Source: Octopus vulgaris
Lineage: Eukaryota
Assembly (NCBI GenBank): GCA_951406725.2
Contig: OX597826.1
Span: forward strand, 6,200,001-6,264,000
Length of the DNA: 64,000 nucleotides
Reading direction: 5' to 3'
The notes beneath the pieces are model-generated. The model saw nothing but the letters and a program-made list of their open reading frames with translations, was not told the DNA's origin and made no database searches. Position numbers and translations under genes: made by a program. This document shows, piece by piece, positions 40,460 through 55,104 of this stretch (position 1 is its first letter; each line of letters opens with the position of its first letter).

Positions 40460-42834
40460 TATATATGTGTGTGTGTATATAAATCTACGTGTCTCATAAT
40501 ATACTCGTAGTATATGTGGTACACAGCTGACAGTCTATACAAACATCCATTAAGAAAAAGTATTGTACATTTATTTGGTATTTATATCCTTTTTTTTATT
40601 TGCATCATTTTAAATGTTCTGTTTTGCTGTCTCTCCTATATTTGATTTTAGTTTAGTTTTACAATTCCCGGATGCTCTTCATCTTCGTTCTTTGATTTTC
40701 ACATATTCCTATATTTCTCCTCTTTTGTTGCTAATAGATGTGAACTATATCCTCTTTAACTTCTATGCAATGTTAAAGCTACATTTCAACTGAGGTCTGA
40801 TTTTTTTTTACTTTATTTTCTTTTTTAAACAAAACTGATCTACTGGAAGTGTTGAACTAGCGGCACGTCATAAAAATCTATAAATACAAACTAAAAGCAA
40901 AAATGAAAAAAAAAAAAAAAAAACAGAAAATGAACGGTCGAATACTATGTCTGAAAATACTATTTGTACAGAAAGTAGATTTTGATCGCTATTAGTGTTG
41001 TCTTTTCAAGTGACTTATAAACATTTTTTTCAATATCTGAACTAAGGAAAATATAATACAATCATGTTTAATCAAATGTATATTTTATCTGAATGTTTAA
41101 ATATATTTTGTTTATGAAGAAGTGAACTTTACAATTTCTCCTCATTGTATATCCCGTATACATAAGCTGTTTATGGGAAAAGTAAGCCGGAGTTAAGTAA
41201 AAAAAACAAAACATTCTGGCTTCCTACTATTATAAAATTACACTCCATAGAACAAAGGTTATCAAAATGAGCTGTTGTGCTCACTGACGTACATAAAGGT
41301 AGCTTGCCGTAGTAGTAGCAGAATACTCAAAACAATGGATAGAAACGAAAGAAATACCGTACGGCACTTATTTTTTCTTCTGGACGCGCTAAGAATTCTG
41401 CCAGCTCACAGACACAAATCGTATTCATGAAGCTAGAGAATTTATGTTTAGCACAGACAGAAATGTTTATATTTGCTGCAAAAGGACGGTTAATTGTGTG
41501 AAAGCTTTTACTTGATTGTTATCTCATTATATCGGCTCCTAAAATCATGATAACCAAATTGAACCCAAGTGGAATTTTGACGGAGAAGGTAAAGAACAGG
41601 AACAAATTTCCCATGAGGTCCAACCCGGGTCTCTAACGATACGCCTAATAATTCTTACTCTATATTACGGACAGTGATGAGAATGTGATTGATATTTCTC
41701 TCCAAAAGTATTTTTCTGGATGCATGATTGCCTCGTTGATGTCACAAGCAATTTCTTAAACGTAAATCGAAATTGCTTTTGTCTTTTGATACGGAAGTTC
41801 TTAAATGTCGATGTTTGGGTAATAATCTTCGAATTGCACATTGCGTCATCTTCTGCAAATAAGGATTTAATTATTGCCGGTTAGATCATGTCTTCTCTAT
41901 GCGATTTTCAGCATACAATTTCTATCTTCGAAAAAGTTGTTCGACTTGCAATCGTTAATATGTTTATGATCCATTCTTCCATTCTTCATTTCAGAAGAAG
42001 TTGACGGAACTAAAGCCCACCAAGACTACTGGGTTAATATTCCACTTCGTGTCAATGAATGGAATTAACGATTATATCCTAATAGCAAACTAGCACTTGA
42101 AAATACTGTCGATGTTCTTTAAAATTCGTCTGAAGTGTTAACACCTTTTTTTGTAGTTGTTTTTGCGTTTGGAGGAGTCCATTATATTCTACAACATTCA
42201 GTGTTTGGGTAACAACTTTTCTAACCATTGCTCTCGTTGATGCGAAAATTTAGGGATCTCCTCACTGTGTTGGATGCAAGAACAGTTTCTTTAAATATGT
42301 TGATTTCTGCTGTAATGAATAAAATCTGATCCATTTGAGATCCAAAACGGCTGTAAATTTGTTGACGTGTCACCTTTGATATTCAAAATTCTCTGTTGTA
42401 ATGCTAATGGGAATTGTTAATGAACCTAATTGGAGTTGAAGTAGAATAAGAATTCAAATAGCACATTTATATGATGTGACATTGTTACAAAGGTGGAGAT
42501 TAGAAAAATAATTGAACTTAGGCCTTTCGAAATCAGTTTCCCATTCATGCTTGCGCGGCTACTACTCCAAGCCGCAGGACTCCCATAGTGATATTAGGAG
42601 TAATTAAATCTCGATGTCAAGTTTTGCGTAACACAGAAGCATATTATTATTATTATCAACTGACGTATTTGAGCCGAATCAATTATATTTCGGCCTGTCA
42701 AGAACAACACAAGGCCCAGCAGATATAGTGACAATAACGTTAAAAGTTAGAAAAATCCCATCAAAGGAAGTTTTTCTGTGTAAAAAAAATATTCTAAAAT
42801 TTATAGCATTCGCCTGATAAATAATTCAAATATA

Positions 42835-43240
42835 TTCTTTTCTGCTCTTTTACTTGTTTCAGTCATTTGACAGTGGCCATGCTGGAGCACCGCCTGTACT
42901 CGAGCAAATCGACCCCAGGACTTCTTCTTTGTTAGCCTAGTACTTATTCTATCGTTTCTTTTGCCGAACCGCTAAGTTACGGGGACGGAGACACACCAGC
43001 ATCGGTTGTCAAGCGATGTTGTTGGGTGCTGGACAAACACAGACACATACATGCATTTTTATAGATATGCATATATACGATGGGCATGTTTCAGTTTCCG
43101 TCTACCAAATCCACTCACAAGGCTTTGGTCGGCTCGAGGTAATAGTAGAAGACACTTGCCCAAGATGCCACGCAGTGGAACTGAACCCGGAACCATGTGG
43201 TTCGTAAGCAAGCTACTTACCACACAGCCACTCCTGCGCC
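42835..43240 (-). mobile_element. SINE family A, full length
   Basis: Colinear with 15564-16006. Confidence 0.9.
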
Positions 43241-43294
43241 TATATCCGTTCATAATCTCATACAAGAGTTGTCCCGAAAGTAAAGCAAACTAGG

Positions 43295-43490
43295 CACAAC
43301 TCTGGTTTCAAAGTTTTAGCCCACGGCAAGCAACTTTAGTTGAAGGGCTAAGTCGATTACATCGATCCCAGTGCTCAAAAGGTACTTGTTTTATATAAGG
43401 CAAAGTCAGCGCTAACGGCATTTGAACTCAGAACACAAAGACAGCCGAAATGACGTTCAGGATTCTACCTGGCATGCAAACTATTCTACC
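43295..43490 (-). mobile_element. Degenerate SINE family B-related copy
   Basis: GTCGATTACATCGATCCCAGTGC, AAGGCAAAGTC and ATTTGAACTCAGAAC are shared with 3793-4024. Confidence 0.6.
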
Positions 43491-43714
43491 TTAATTAAGC
43501 ATAGTTATTTAAACTGGATTTTGTCGTTCAAATTGAACGTGGTGTTAATTTTAGTCAAGAGTAATTTTCCTCCTTGTTATTCTTTACTGCAGACAAGAAA
43601 TGGGATTCTAATAGAAATAATATGTTGCTATTGAGTATGTGTGCAGGCTTTCCGTCATACTTAGAAACTTATAGGCTGTTTCGGAGATAACTAGTAGTCT
43701 GTCGGTTAATACGA

Positions 43715-43985
43715 CGAGAGTATCAGTTGATCCGATGAACAGACTGCTCGTGAACGTAACGTAGAGGTGACTGAGCACTCCACAGAAACGCGGAGGGATT
43801 CAGCGTAATACAGAATGTGAAAAAGCTTGACCCTTTGAAATATAGCTACTATTCATTTTTATCAACTGTACAGACTGGAGTAACGTCAAATTAAGTGTCT
43901 TGCTCAAGGATAAAACGTCGCGCCGAGAACTGAACTCACGACCTTACGATCGAGAGTCGAACATCCCTAGCAACTAATCCAACTT
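43715..43985 (-). mobile_element. tRNA-derived SINE family E
   Basis: Minus strand GATCGTAAGGTCGTGAGTTCAGTTC..TCCTTGAGCAAGACACTT. The head is shared with 62569-62880 but the 3' part differs. Confidence 0.7.
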
Positions 43986-44099
43986 CACCTTGCACGACCT
44001 TGTTAGTTAATGAAAAGTTGTTCAGTTTTCATTGCTTACAAGATAAACCAGATATATGTTTTAAACACTTGTTATGTTTTATATAAGTGGATCGGACAG

Positions 44100-44430
44100 A
44101 TGTGATATAGACAGTCTGTACCTGGAAACTGAGTGTCCAGTGCCCGAGCTGAAAGAATTTTTGAGTGGAAAATCAAATGTTATCCTACATATCTTGCGCC
44201 AGTGCCGGCCGTCGCAGAAGTTAACTTCAAACCAAAGAGAATCGGAACAAGTAAGGCATAGCATCCAGTCTCGTGACCAAACAATTTATTGAATTAATTG
44301 CCCAGGATTAATAATTTCTGTCAATGCAGACCTGATGGTTAGAGAGGGCAATGAGTTGGCAGAACTGTTTGCTAGAATTGTTAGCCAAATGATTGGCTGC
44401 ATTTCTTTCAATACTTTCTGTTCGTTGTCG
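44100..44430 (+). mobile_element. Highly decayed RTE-like LINE RT remnant
   Basis: YLETECPVPELKEFLSGKSNVILHILRQ resembles YLE..LPExQxGFRxGRST..IFILRQ. NCPGLII..VREGNELAELF..IGCISFNTF resembles GCP..VRxGxELSExF..QGCxLSPxLF. Confidence 0.5.
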
Positions 44431-45072
44431 AACTCGCGCCAAGGTAAAAACCTATCTTTCATTATTTCGGTGAGGTTCAAATAAAGTTCCAGTCAAGTAT
44501 TAAGTTCGAAGAGATTGACTTGTGACAACCCTCGAAATCGGTTCCCTTAAACACTGTAACAGACCAGCAGCTCATTCTGGAGTAATTTTGCGATCTAGGC
44601 AACTTGTGCACCAGGGAAACGGGATAAGCAGGATTCTCTGTCCATGGACCTCACATCGGCGGTATTAGAACGCAGGGTGTATAGATTCGGCCTACATAAT
44701 GCAAGGTATTTTAAGTTATACTCTAATGATTCTACCTATCTGCCATCTCAAACAAGAACATATTTTTACAGTGGCATGTTTCTTATCCTTACCTTTACTT
44801 CCTCCCCTCAGCGGTCATTCAAATAACTCTTTTGTCTTAATAACGGTCAACCACACAGTAATTTCCCTTTGTTTAACGGTCATTTTCAAAGCATTTTTTC
44901 CGATGGCCGGATAACTGAAGAGATGGCTGTGTGGATTTCCACCTCGGCATCCGAAATTCGGAGTTTTATCTTGGCTACCGAATAATTGTCACATATTAAA
45001 TTTACAGATGAATTCCTCTATTTACATAATATCGAGGCCTCTTTCATTCTTTTACTCTCTTACCATTTCTAT

Positions 45073-45156
<84 letters not shown>

Positions 45157-45711
45157 TTCTTTAATGCAGAGAAATACATACAGAAAAAAGCACACTCATG
45201 CACACACACACACATGCAATGATATTCACGAATCTATATGTACACGGACACACATGCATCCATATACACGTGGATAAGTATTTGCGTGTCGTAGTGCTTT
45301 TTTCTGTACGTCCACACGTGTGTACGTGCGTGAGAAAGTTGCCAATATACTGACACAATGGTATTTATTCCACCCGGCTTACACAATTATACATTTCTCA
45401 AAACCTCACCCAGGGAAAATGCAATGAGCTATTGGCTGGACCGTTGGAAATCTGCAACCAACGAACAAGTTATTTTTTAGTAAATATACAGCGAAATAAA
45501 ATACAACTAAAAAAAAAAAATAACTAATTGGTGGTTACGTATTCAATGAGAATTCGTCAAAACGTCCATTTTGGAAAAAAAAGAAGAAATTTTGAAATAA
45601 TTATTCCAAATGTTACTATTATCGCGATTGTTGTATCCATATCGTATTCCATCTATATAAAGAAAATATGACGCATGTTAAAATTAATTAGAAATCTGCA
45701 TGTAAAAAATG

Positions 45712-45747
<36 letters not shown>

Positions 45748-45800
45748 CAATTATGAATAAAGATATAGGTATATATATATATATATATACATACATTTAC

Positions 45801-45833
<33 letters not shown>

Positions 45834-46958
45834 CATGTGTGTGTGTTGTTATTTTACTTTATTTCCTTATTTGAAAATTAATTAACCATCAGGAATATAG
45901 AAGCTATTTTTAATTACAGTATATTTCAAGGGAATATCTACGTATCTGATACGGAAGTATTTCTCTTAATTAAAATGAATTAAAGAGCTGACACGTCATC
46001 GCAATTTCCATGGTACGCTTTCTTGATAATTAATTTAGACTCGTTTTCAGTTTGTGCTGTTGTTACTTTTTTTTATGAAACTTAGTTAATTCCTTTTCTT
46101 TTTTTTCTCCCTTCTCGTTTATCAGCAAAATTAAATGTGTTGAATTAAAACACCGCAATACCACATCGTTTGATTGATTTTCCTTTAATTTCCTTTTGAA
46201 TTCCTATGTAGTTCCTATCTATGAAGGCCACCATATGCTTTTACTTACCTTGAGAACACATGTGAAATAGAATACGTCAAGATACGTTTGTACTGTTCCC
46301 AATTACAAATATCCATATATTGCATCTCACAAATTCTTGACCTCTCTATGGAATGATTTGGAAAATGAAAGCAAAATCCTTCTATTTCTATCAACGAAAG
46401 CTTACGTCTGTTTTCTTGGAAATCCACTATTAATGTTGAATATTACAACAACATTTTATTAATATCGTACTCCAAAATTTAAGACAACAACAATACAAAT
46501 ATTTCAGCTGCTCAACTTCATCAATATACATTTCTGACTATGAATCGCAATGAATCGTAATTTGGAATACCAAAAATATGAAATGATTTTGTGCAGCTTT
46601 TTAAATATATTTCTTATAGTCATGCAAAGTCAATACGAATTGAAAGTATAGATATATATTATCGAGAAGTATTTGCGCAATGAATGATTACACACTTGGA
46701 ACCAGTTTTAGATACATTTTTTGTGTGATTTCCTTGTACAAATATGTAATGAGATCGTATTCCGATTATTAGCAAAACTGAAATATTTTCAGCTATAAAC
46801 ATTTTCTTTCTTTTGCTCGAGTATTATGTGTTTTGTACTCGGAGAATTGTATGGTGGTAATAGTGTATTTCGCCGTCTATTTTTCATTGCATGTTGAGGC
46901 AAATAAGCAAGTCCTTGTTATAATTATGTATATAATTATAAATATATATATATATATA

Positions 46959-47326
46959 GGTGCAGTCGTCACTGTTTGGTAAGTAGCTTGCTTACGAACC
47001 ACATGGTTCAGTCCTTGGGCAAGTGTCTGATTTGCCCATGGGTCTGATTTGTTAGAGGGAAACTGAAAGAAGCCCTTCGTGTATATATATTTATATATAT
47101 ATTTATGTGTGTGTGTGTATGTTTGTGTGTCTGTGTTTGTCCCCCGCATTGACAACCGATGCTGGTGTGTTTACGACCACGTAACTTAACGATTCGGAAT
47201 GAGAGGCCAATAGAATAAGTACTACGCTTAAAAAGAATAAGTTCTGGGGTCGATTTTTTTCGGCTAAAGGCGGTGCTGCAGCATGGCCGCAGTCAAATGA
47301 CTGAAACAAATAAAAGAATAAAAGAA
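46959..47326 (+). mobile_element. SINE family A, diverged
   Basis: Colinear with 52468-52916, with small deletions. Confidence 0.85.
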
Positions 47327-47358
47327 GATATATATGCGTACGTGTATGTATATGTGTA

Positions 47359-47405
<47 letters not shown>

Positions 47406-47896
47406 TTGCTGGTGTGTTAAGACATTTACTCACTAAAATTATTTATTTCATTCTCACAAGGTCATCTATGTAGAGATGTTTCACAAGTGGATAAAACAAC
47501 AATGACGACCAAAAGTTATTCCCTATTCATTCCGTTTAGGATCATGAAGAAGAAAATACAAAAATATGCATTTGAACTTACTGCCTTATTAAGCATAAAG
47601 AAATAATTAAAAGCATGCCCGCTCGTTCAACAGTCTACAGATGGTTGCCCTTGTTTTCAGACGCACATATTAATTTATAGATGGCTTAAGGGGTTTTCAT
47701 TTCAGTCAAAACCTATCAACCACGATTTCTGCTGAATAATACCCATTTATTTTCCCTACACAGTAGATCATTATAAACATGTACAACAGATTCACGCTAT
47801 ACATTTTTTCTCAATATTGTACGTTGTGCCAAACATACACTTACGTATAAATACGCAATGGTATATTCCGTTATCATTTTTTCTTTCAATCTTAAC

Positions 47897-47958
<62 letters not shown>

Positions 47959-48610
47959 TTCCCCCTTTAAAAACAGACTGAAATATAATTTGTAGGTTCT
48001 CCTCGCATTATACATACGCTTACATTGCTTACTTATGGGGTATATCTAATTGGATAAATCTCAACGTGTGGTATTGTATATAATGTTTCGATGTGCTTTA
48101 GGGTGTTAAATTCGTAGTGCTGACATCGATCTTCTGCATCGCACCAGCAAACTGTTTTCAAATTGAATTTATTTTCAGTTTATTATATTAACAATAAACT
48201 TTACCACCAAGTGGCATATAATGGCTGTACATTTTCTGATACATTTTCAGTTTCACTCAAAACTCTGCCAACTTTGTTTCTAATTCTTTTCAATTGTTCT
48301 ACGTTACATACATTTCTTTCGATTTTTAGCATTGCACTAGTTGCACTTGTTCTGATTCAACGTATCTAAATTCTTTTAAACTGAATTAAGAACTTGTTTC
48401 ACTTACACTCTTAATGCATTATCTCCCTACCAATCTGTCTATCTATATGGGTGTGTGCGTGTATGTGTTTTTGTATCATACATATATATGTATGCACATA
48501 TGTATATGTACGTGTGTGTATGTTCATGTGTGTGTATTTGCTGGCATTTTAAGGTACTTACTCCTTAAGATGTATTTAATTCATTCTCACAGGTCATCTA
48601 TCTAGATATG

Positions 48611-48694
<84 letters not shown>

Positions 48695-48789
48695 GTAGAT
48701 ATATAAATACATATACAAAGATATGTATCTCTATGATATACCTATACGAAGATACGTATCTCATAGTATATGAGTGTGATGTTTATCAC

Positions 48790-48910
48790 ATATAAAGCAA
48801 ATTACTGTAGACTACTCCTCTAAATATACCAGTAATAGATTACCTGTTTTGAATACTGAGCTGTGGATAGAGATACTATGATCAACGGAATTGTTAAGCC
48901 CTTTTCACTC
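48790..48910 (+). mobile_element. PLE RT fragment, left part (split by the RTE insertion)
   Basis: ITVDYSSKYTSNRLPVLNTELWIE..FHS aligns with VTIELPTKHPNNRLPDLDTEIWSE..LHS in ORF 61098..61499. Confidence 0.7.
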
Positions 48911-49960
48911 TGATGATGATGGCAATCCCTCAAGGTCGAAGATGATGGTCTTCGTGCAAATTTACTGGTGAGTCCGTTGGTGATCGATAAGTCCAATTCT
49001 TGCTTGAAAAGATCGGTCGCAGTGCGGACATCTAGTGTCGGAAGGGAGAGTCGCACGTGGTTGTTGCTGGCGCTCCTTCCGTCGTCGTCTTTTCTCCTCC
49101 AGCTCTGCAGACCTTTTCGACTCGAAAGTCGCCGTTCCCTCATGGATGGTGGTTTTCAAGAGTGGTCTGTTTTTGCCGTTTCCTCCCAGTTAGTGAAGTC
49201 GATGTCACATTTTTTGAGGTTCGTTTTCAGGGAGTCCTTGTAGCGTTTCTTCTGGCCCCCCTTTGTACGCTTGCCGTCTTTGAGTTGGGAGTAGAAGATC
49301 TGTTTGGGAAGTCATTCGTCAGTCATTCTAACCACGTGGCTGCTCCATCTTAGTTGGCCTTTGATGACATAGGCTTCGATGCTGGTCATTTTTGCTTCTT
49401 GTAGCACGCTGACGTTTGTTCTTCTGTTTTCCCAGCTGATGTTAAGGATCTTCCGAAGACAACGTTGGTCAAATTTCTCGAGCGTTTTAAGGTGGTGAAT
49501 ATACGGGGTACAGGTTTCAGATGCGTAAAGGAGGGTTGGAATAATGACTGCCCTGTACACCATGAGTTTGGTTTCGGTTCGGATGTCCCGATCAGCAAAA
49601 TCTTTTGTTCGAAGCTTGCCGAAAGCTGTTCCTGCACACTTCAGACGGTGTTGGATTTCATCGCTGAGGTCTACGTTTGCTGACAGATGGCTCCCAAGGT
49701 AGCAGAAATTGTTCACATTTTCCAGTGGAATTCCCTCTAGTTGAATCGATGGCGGCTTGTCAACACGGGCATTGGAAGGTGGTTGTTAGAGTAAGTTAGT
49801 CTTCTTGATGTTGATGCTCAGTCCAAGTTTAGTATATGCATGATGAAAAGCATTTAGGATCTGTTGGAGGTGATCCTCTCTGTAAGCTGCTACACTGTTG
49901 TCGTCGGCATATTGGAACTCTAGCAAGCTTCGCGCCATTGTCTTTGACGTACTTTTGAGT
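48911..49960 (-). mobile_element. 5'-truncated RTE-clade LINE (RT C-terminal half, C2H2 finger, (CAT)n tail)
   Basis: LLEFQYADD..GLSINIKKT..FCYLGS..TKLMVYRAVIIPTLLYASET..QLRWSSHVVRM..GGQKKRYKDSLK..CPHCDRSFQARIGLIDHQRTH*. Two in-frame stops seen. The 3' end is CATCATCATCA. Confidence 0.95.
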
Positions 49961-50485
49961 ATTACAAACCTATGGCTAAACCACTAGTAATCTGTAGATA
50001 CGACCAAAATCAACATCTTCCTTGCAGACTTAGATTAATTAGAAACCTATGAGCATCATTCCAACCACAAGAACGACAACAACACATCCATCACAATATA
50101 TCCCGAATGTAACGTTCTGGTTACACACACTCCCATAGAATCAGAGTGTACAAAAGATTCGAACGCATTCTAAGAAATGAGAAAAAGGGTATATGCTCAC
50201 TTACCGCAACAATTTCTGGAATAGGTTGGGGAGAGGGTCCTTCAAAAGAAATAAAAATAATACTTGGTGTGATAACAAGAAGCTTCACAGTGTTTGTTGG
50301 CGCTACACCTAGGAACGAATTAAGTAAATTATTGAAGAAAATCCTACGCACAACTGGCCTTAAGATCAAAGTGGCAGATAAGACAAGTAGGGCTTTCAGA
50401 TCTGTATTAAGTAAATCGTACTCATTTGATTTTTCAGAATGATTGTGCACTTCTCCTGCCTACGGATTACACTGGACTCCTCAGT

Positions 50486-50490
<5 letters not shown>
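49961..50490 (+). mobile_element. PLE RT-thumb/linker fragment, right part
   Basis: YKPMAKPLVI..KINIFLADL, then VFVGATPRNELSKLLKKILRTTGLKIKVADKTSRAFRSVL, homologous to IVDATAQVELAGRCRKALKEAKRNIKTVENPGSPIRSQL at 61762. Confidence 0.75.
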
Positions 50491-50562
<72 letters not shown>

Positions 50563-50564
50563 AA

Positions 50565-50731
50565 TACGACCGGCTCCTTTTTTTATTTTCCGTCGGCCAA
50601 ATTCATTGCCAAGGTTTTTGTCGGCACGGGGCTACAGTAGAAGATACTTGACCAAAATGACATTAAGTGGAATTGAACCTGAACCCACATGCTTGGGAAG
50701 CCAACTTCTTACCACATAGCTATGCCTTCGC
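50565..50731 (-). mobile_element. SINE family A, 5' half, diverged
   Basis: TTTCCGTC..CAAATTCA..GTAGAAGATACTTG..CTTACCACATAGC. Confidence 0.7.
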
Positions 50732-51387
50732 GTACAAGCGTGGGCGTGCGTGAGTGTGTAATTTAATTTAGATTTGAAACTATAAGAATCCACTCACCAT
50801 TTTAATGCTATTGTTAACGCGAATTAGAAAAGAAAACTATTTATACAAACAGATCAAACATGCTTAGCTAAATAATGGATTATGTCGTGTAAAGGTTAAC
50901 CAACGTAGATGGATTACTGTCAAAACTACTCCACATTCTGCACTTAATGACATGTTTATAAGGTGTGTACGTCCTACGCAGTAGTATATGTCTCAGATGC
51001 ACTTACCTTTACATTCCCTCTCATAATCACAGTCCGCCATTTTCTCTATATTCCTGTCATATTAAACAAGAATTTCATATATAAAATATATCTATATTCG
51101 TGTCCTGATTTTAACTAAAAGCTTGGAAGTATCGCAAACCCACAGCTATTAATGGTGCTGCTGATGTGGTTGTTGCTGAGGTTTGTGTTTATACAAAAGA
51201 ACAAGGTCGCAGTATTGAAATTGCTCCGTAAAACTGATAGATTTTGTTTCGAGATGACATAGAGAGTTTGACAGCATGTGTGACTAAAGTGACAACGTCA
51301 CAATATGTGTGTATGTATATATGTAGGAATGTATGTATATATGTATACATGCACACATATAGAAACATATATACATATTCATACATG

Positions 51388-51490
<103 letters not shown>

Positions 51491-51551
51491 ATCATATCTA
51501 TCTATCGATCTTGCTATCTCTCTCTCTGTCTCCCTGTATATATATATATAC

Positions 51552-51602
<51 letters not shown>

Positions 51603-51604
51603 CA

Positions 51605-52431
<827 letters not shown>

Positions 52432-52467
52432 CGTATGTCCATATATACATGTATGTATATATATATA

Positions 52468-52629
52468 GGCGCAGGAGTGGCTATGTGGTAATTAGCTTGC
52501 AAACCAGCCACATGGTTCCGGCTTCAGTCCTACTGCGTGGCATCTTGGGCAAGTGTCTTCTGCTATAGCCCCGGGCCGACCAATGCCTTGTGAGTGGATT
52601 TGGTAGACGGAAACTGAAAGAAGCCTGTC

Positions 52630-52702
<73 letters not shown>

Positions 52703-52916
52703 TGTGTGTCTGTGTTTGTCCCCCTAGTATTGCTTGACAACCGATGCTGGTGTGTTTACGCCCCCGTCACTTAGCGGTTCGGCAAAGAGACCGATAGAAT
52801 AAGTACTGGGCTTACAAAGAATAAGTCCCAGGGTCGATTTGTTCGACTACAGGCGTTGCTCCAGCATGGCCTCAGTCAAATGACTGAAACAAGTAAAAGA
52901 GTAAAGAGTAAAGAGT
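52468..52916 (+). mobile_element. SINE family A, full length (reference copy)
   Basis: Head GGCGCAGGAGTGGCTATGTGGTAA..CCACATGGTTCCGGCTTCAGTCC, internal (TA)n(TG)n and tail CAGTCAAATGACTGAAAC(AAGAGTA)n. Confidence 0.9.
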
Positions 52917-53099
52917 ATATATATATATATATATCTTCACTCACTTCTATATACATATATAAGCATAAAGTGTGTCTGTCTGCCTTCTTCTTTGACTGAC
53001 AACATATGCTATCATTTAGAACGTAAAGCCATTTTTATAAATTATTTTCTTTGCAATTTGAAGCGATGCAACAGTCTCGTATACATAATTATGTTTCGT

Positions 53100-53141
<42 letters not shown>

Positions 53142-54217
53142 GTACTCGTAATGTACACAGAACGAAAAAACTGTTTGACTACTGATAATCTTTATGGCAG
53201 TTACGAACAATGCCGTCAGTACCCGTTCTTGTGAATGAAACTATTCCCGGTTTAACTGGTTCTATTTTTGATAAACAATAAATTGAAAAGCATTATTCGA
53301 TAAACAATAGTTTTCATTTTATTTATTTTCGTTATAGTTTTGCCTTTTTTTTTCTTTTCGTACAGATTGCGTTCGTGGCTATATTTTTCTGTTTACGCTA
53401 CTGCTTCCTTTGTTTATATTACAGATTCTATTTTGATCGTATATTTATTGTTATATTGTACTATATCATAACATTCGATGTTGAAACTTGTGGACTGATA
53501 CGCAGTACCATTATTTGTATATTGTTGTTCCCGTACTGTCTTGTGTCAACCCGTATCGAGCACATACATCATCAATTGTTATTATATTCACTATAAACGT
53601 CTCAGTACGTTTAATACTACATTATATTATATAATCGTTTTTATTTTAAATATAACGGTGACATTGCAGAAACTCAGTCTACTAACAGTTATTGGAAACC
53701 ACAAAGATGTTATGACAAATTCTACCTAGAGCTTCTATACTGCAAATATAATTAATAAGGTAGAAAGAGAGTTTGTGATATTCCTTTATTAGTTCTGTAG
53801 ATTGTAACGTTTATAAAGATTCAGCATATTATTAGCTTAATATACCTACTGCAGATGAATGCATGTTCCGCTCCGCTTACGTTTATCATAGTGTAACGCA
53901 GTGAATCTGTATACAGCAGGCATAAAACCACTATAAATCATCGGTTAAAAGAGATGTGTCTGATAAGATGTTTTACCAAGCGTTTCGTAACAATGATTTC
54001 AATATTTCAATGGAAGAATTACGAATGAGTTTCGTTCTATTTTAGTATTGAATGAAATGTTATTACAATTGCAAGTGCTTCTACCACATTTTAACAGGCA
54101 CAATAACGTATATAGGCACATACACACACACGCAAAAATGAGGCACCTTATAAAGGATAAAAATTGAGAATTTGTGGCATATATACATATACACACACGT
54201 GTATATACATAAATACT

Positions 54218-54259
<42 letters not shown>

Positions 54260-55104
54260 TATATAGATATATATATATATGTGTGTATGTGTCTGTGTGT
54301 ACGTGTGTGTGTATATATATATATGTATATGTATGTATGTATATTTAAAATATGAAAACATCACAAATATTTTAAAGTTATTGAACACATACATGTGGAA
54401 AAAATATATAAATGAACACACGAATTGTTCTCACACATCCTTACACGCACATACACATGCATCCCTCATACATATATATACAATGGTGTGGGGCTGGAGT
54501 TTTACCTTCTTTGTATGCATCTATATGTGAGGCTATATATACACCAATTCACCTATATTCGCGTACATATGGTGTATATATAATTAATTAAGATTCACTT
54601 TAATTAAGTTCTAAAATTGAGGCACCAAGCCAGTTCCATGGAGTTCGACAGCTCCAAGTAAGGTGAACAGAATGTAAATAAGAATCTAGGATGTCCAGGT
54701 ACCAATACATCATGGCCGTTTCCAGCGGACTCATTTAATCGATCAATGAAAATATTACATCAATTTCATTGGAATTGCTCTCCTTAGGAGAAGATGAAAA
54801 TATAGATTAACAATATAAAAAAGAAACCATTTTTAACAAGTTTATACCAAAACTTGAAACTGAAATAATTACGTTGTTTCTTAATGTTATATTTGTGGCA
54901 GAAGGAATTTAGAAATTAATACATATCTTATTAAGCCTACTAGAATTTAGAGAGCAGCAGAGGAAAAAGATATAGTAGAGAAATAGTTATTCATATTTAG
55001 AAGATTTTATACAGCATGTAGATTACAACCATTTGAAATTAAGTCCATTGGTATTTGTGAACTGTTTCCTAGTTGATGGTGATAAAATAGATCACATTTA
55101 ACAA

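Noticed and set aside
52930-53235. Second non-autonomous Helitron
   Set aside because: The 5' end is suggestive, but the 3' CTAG terminus is not present.
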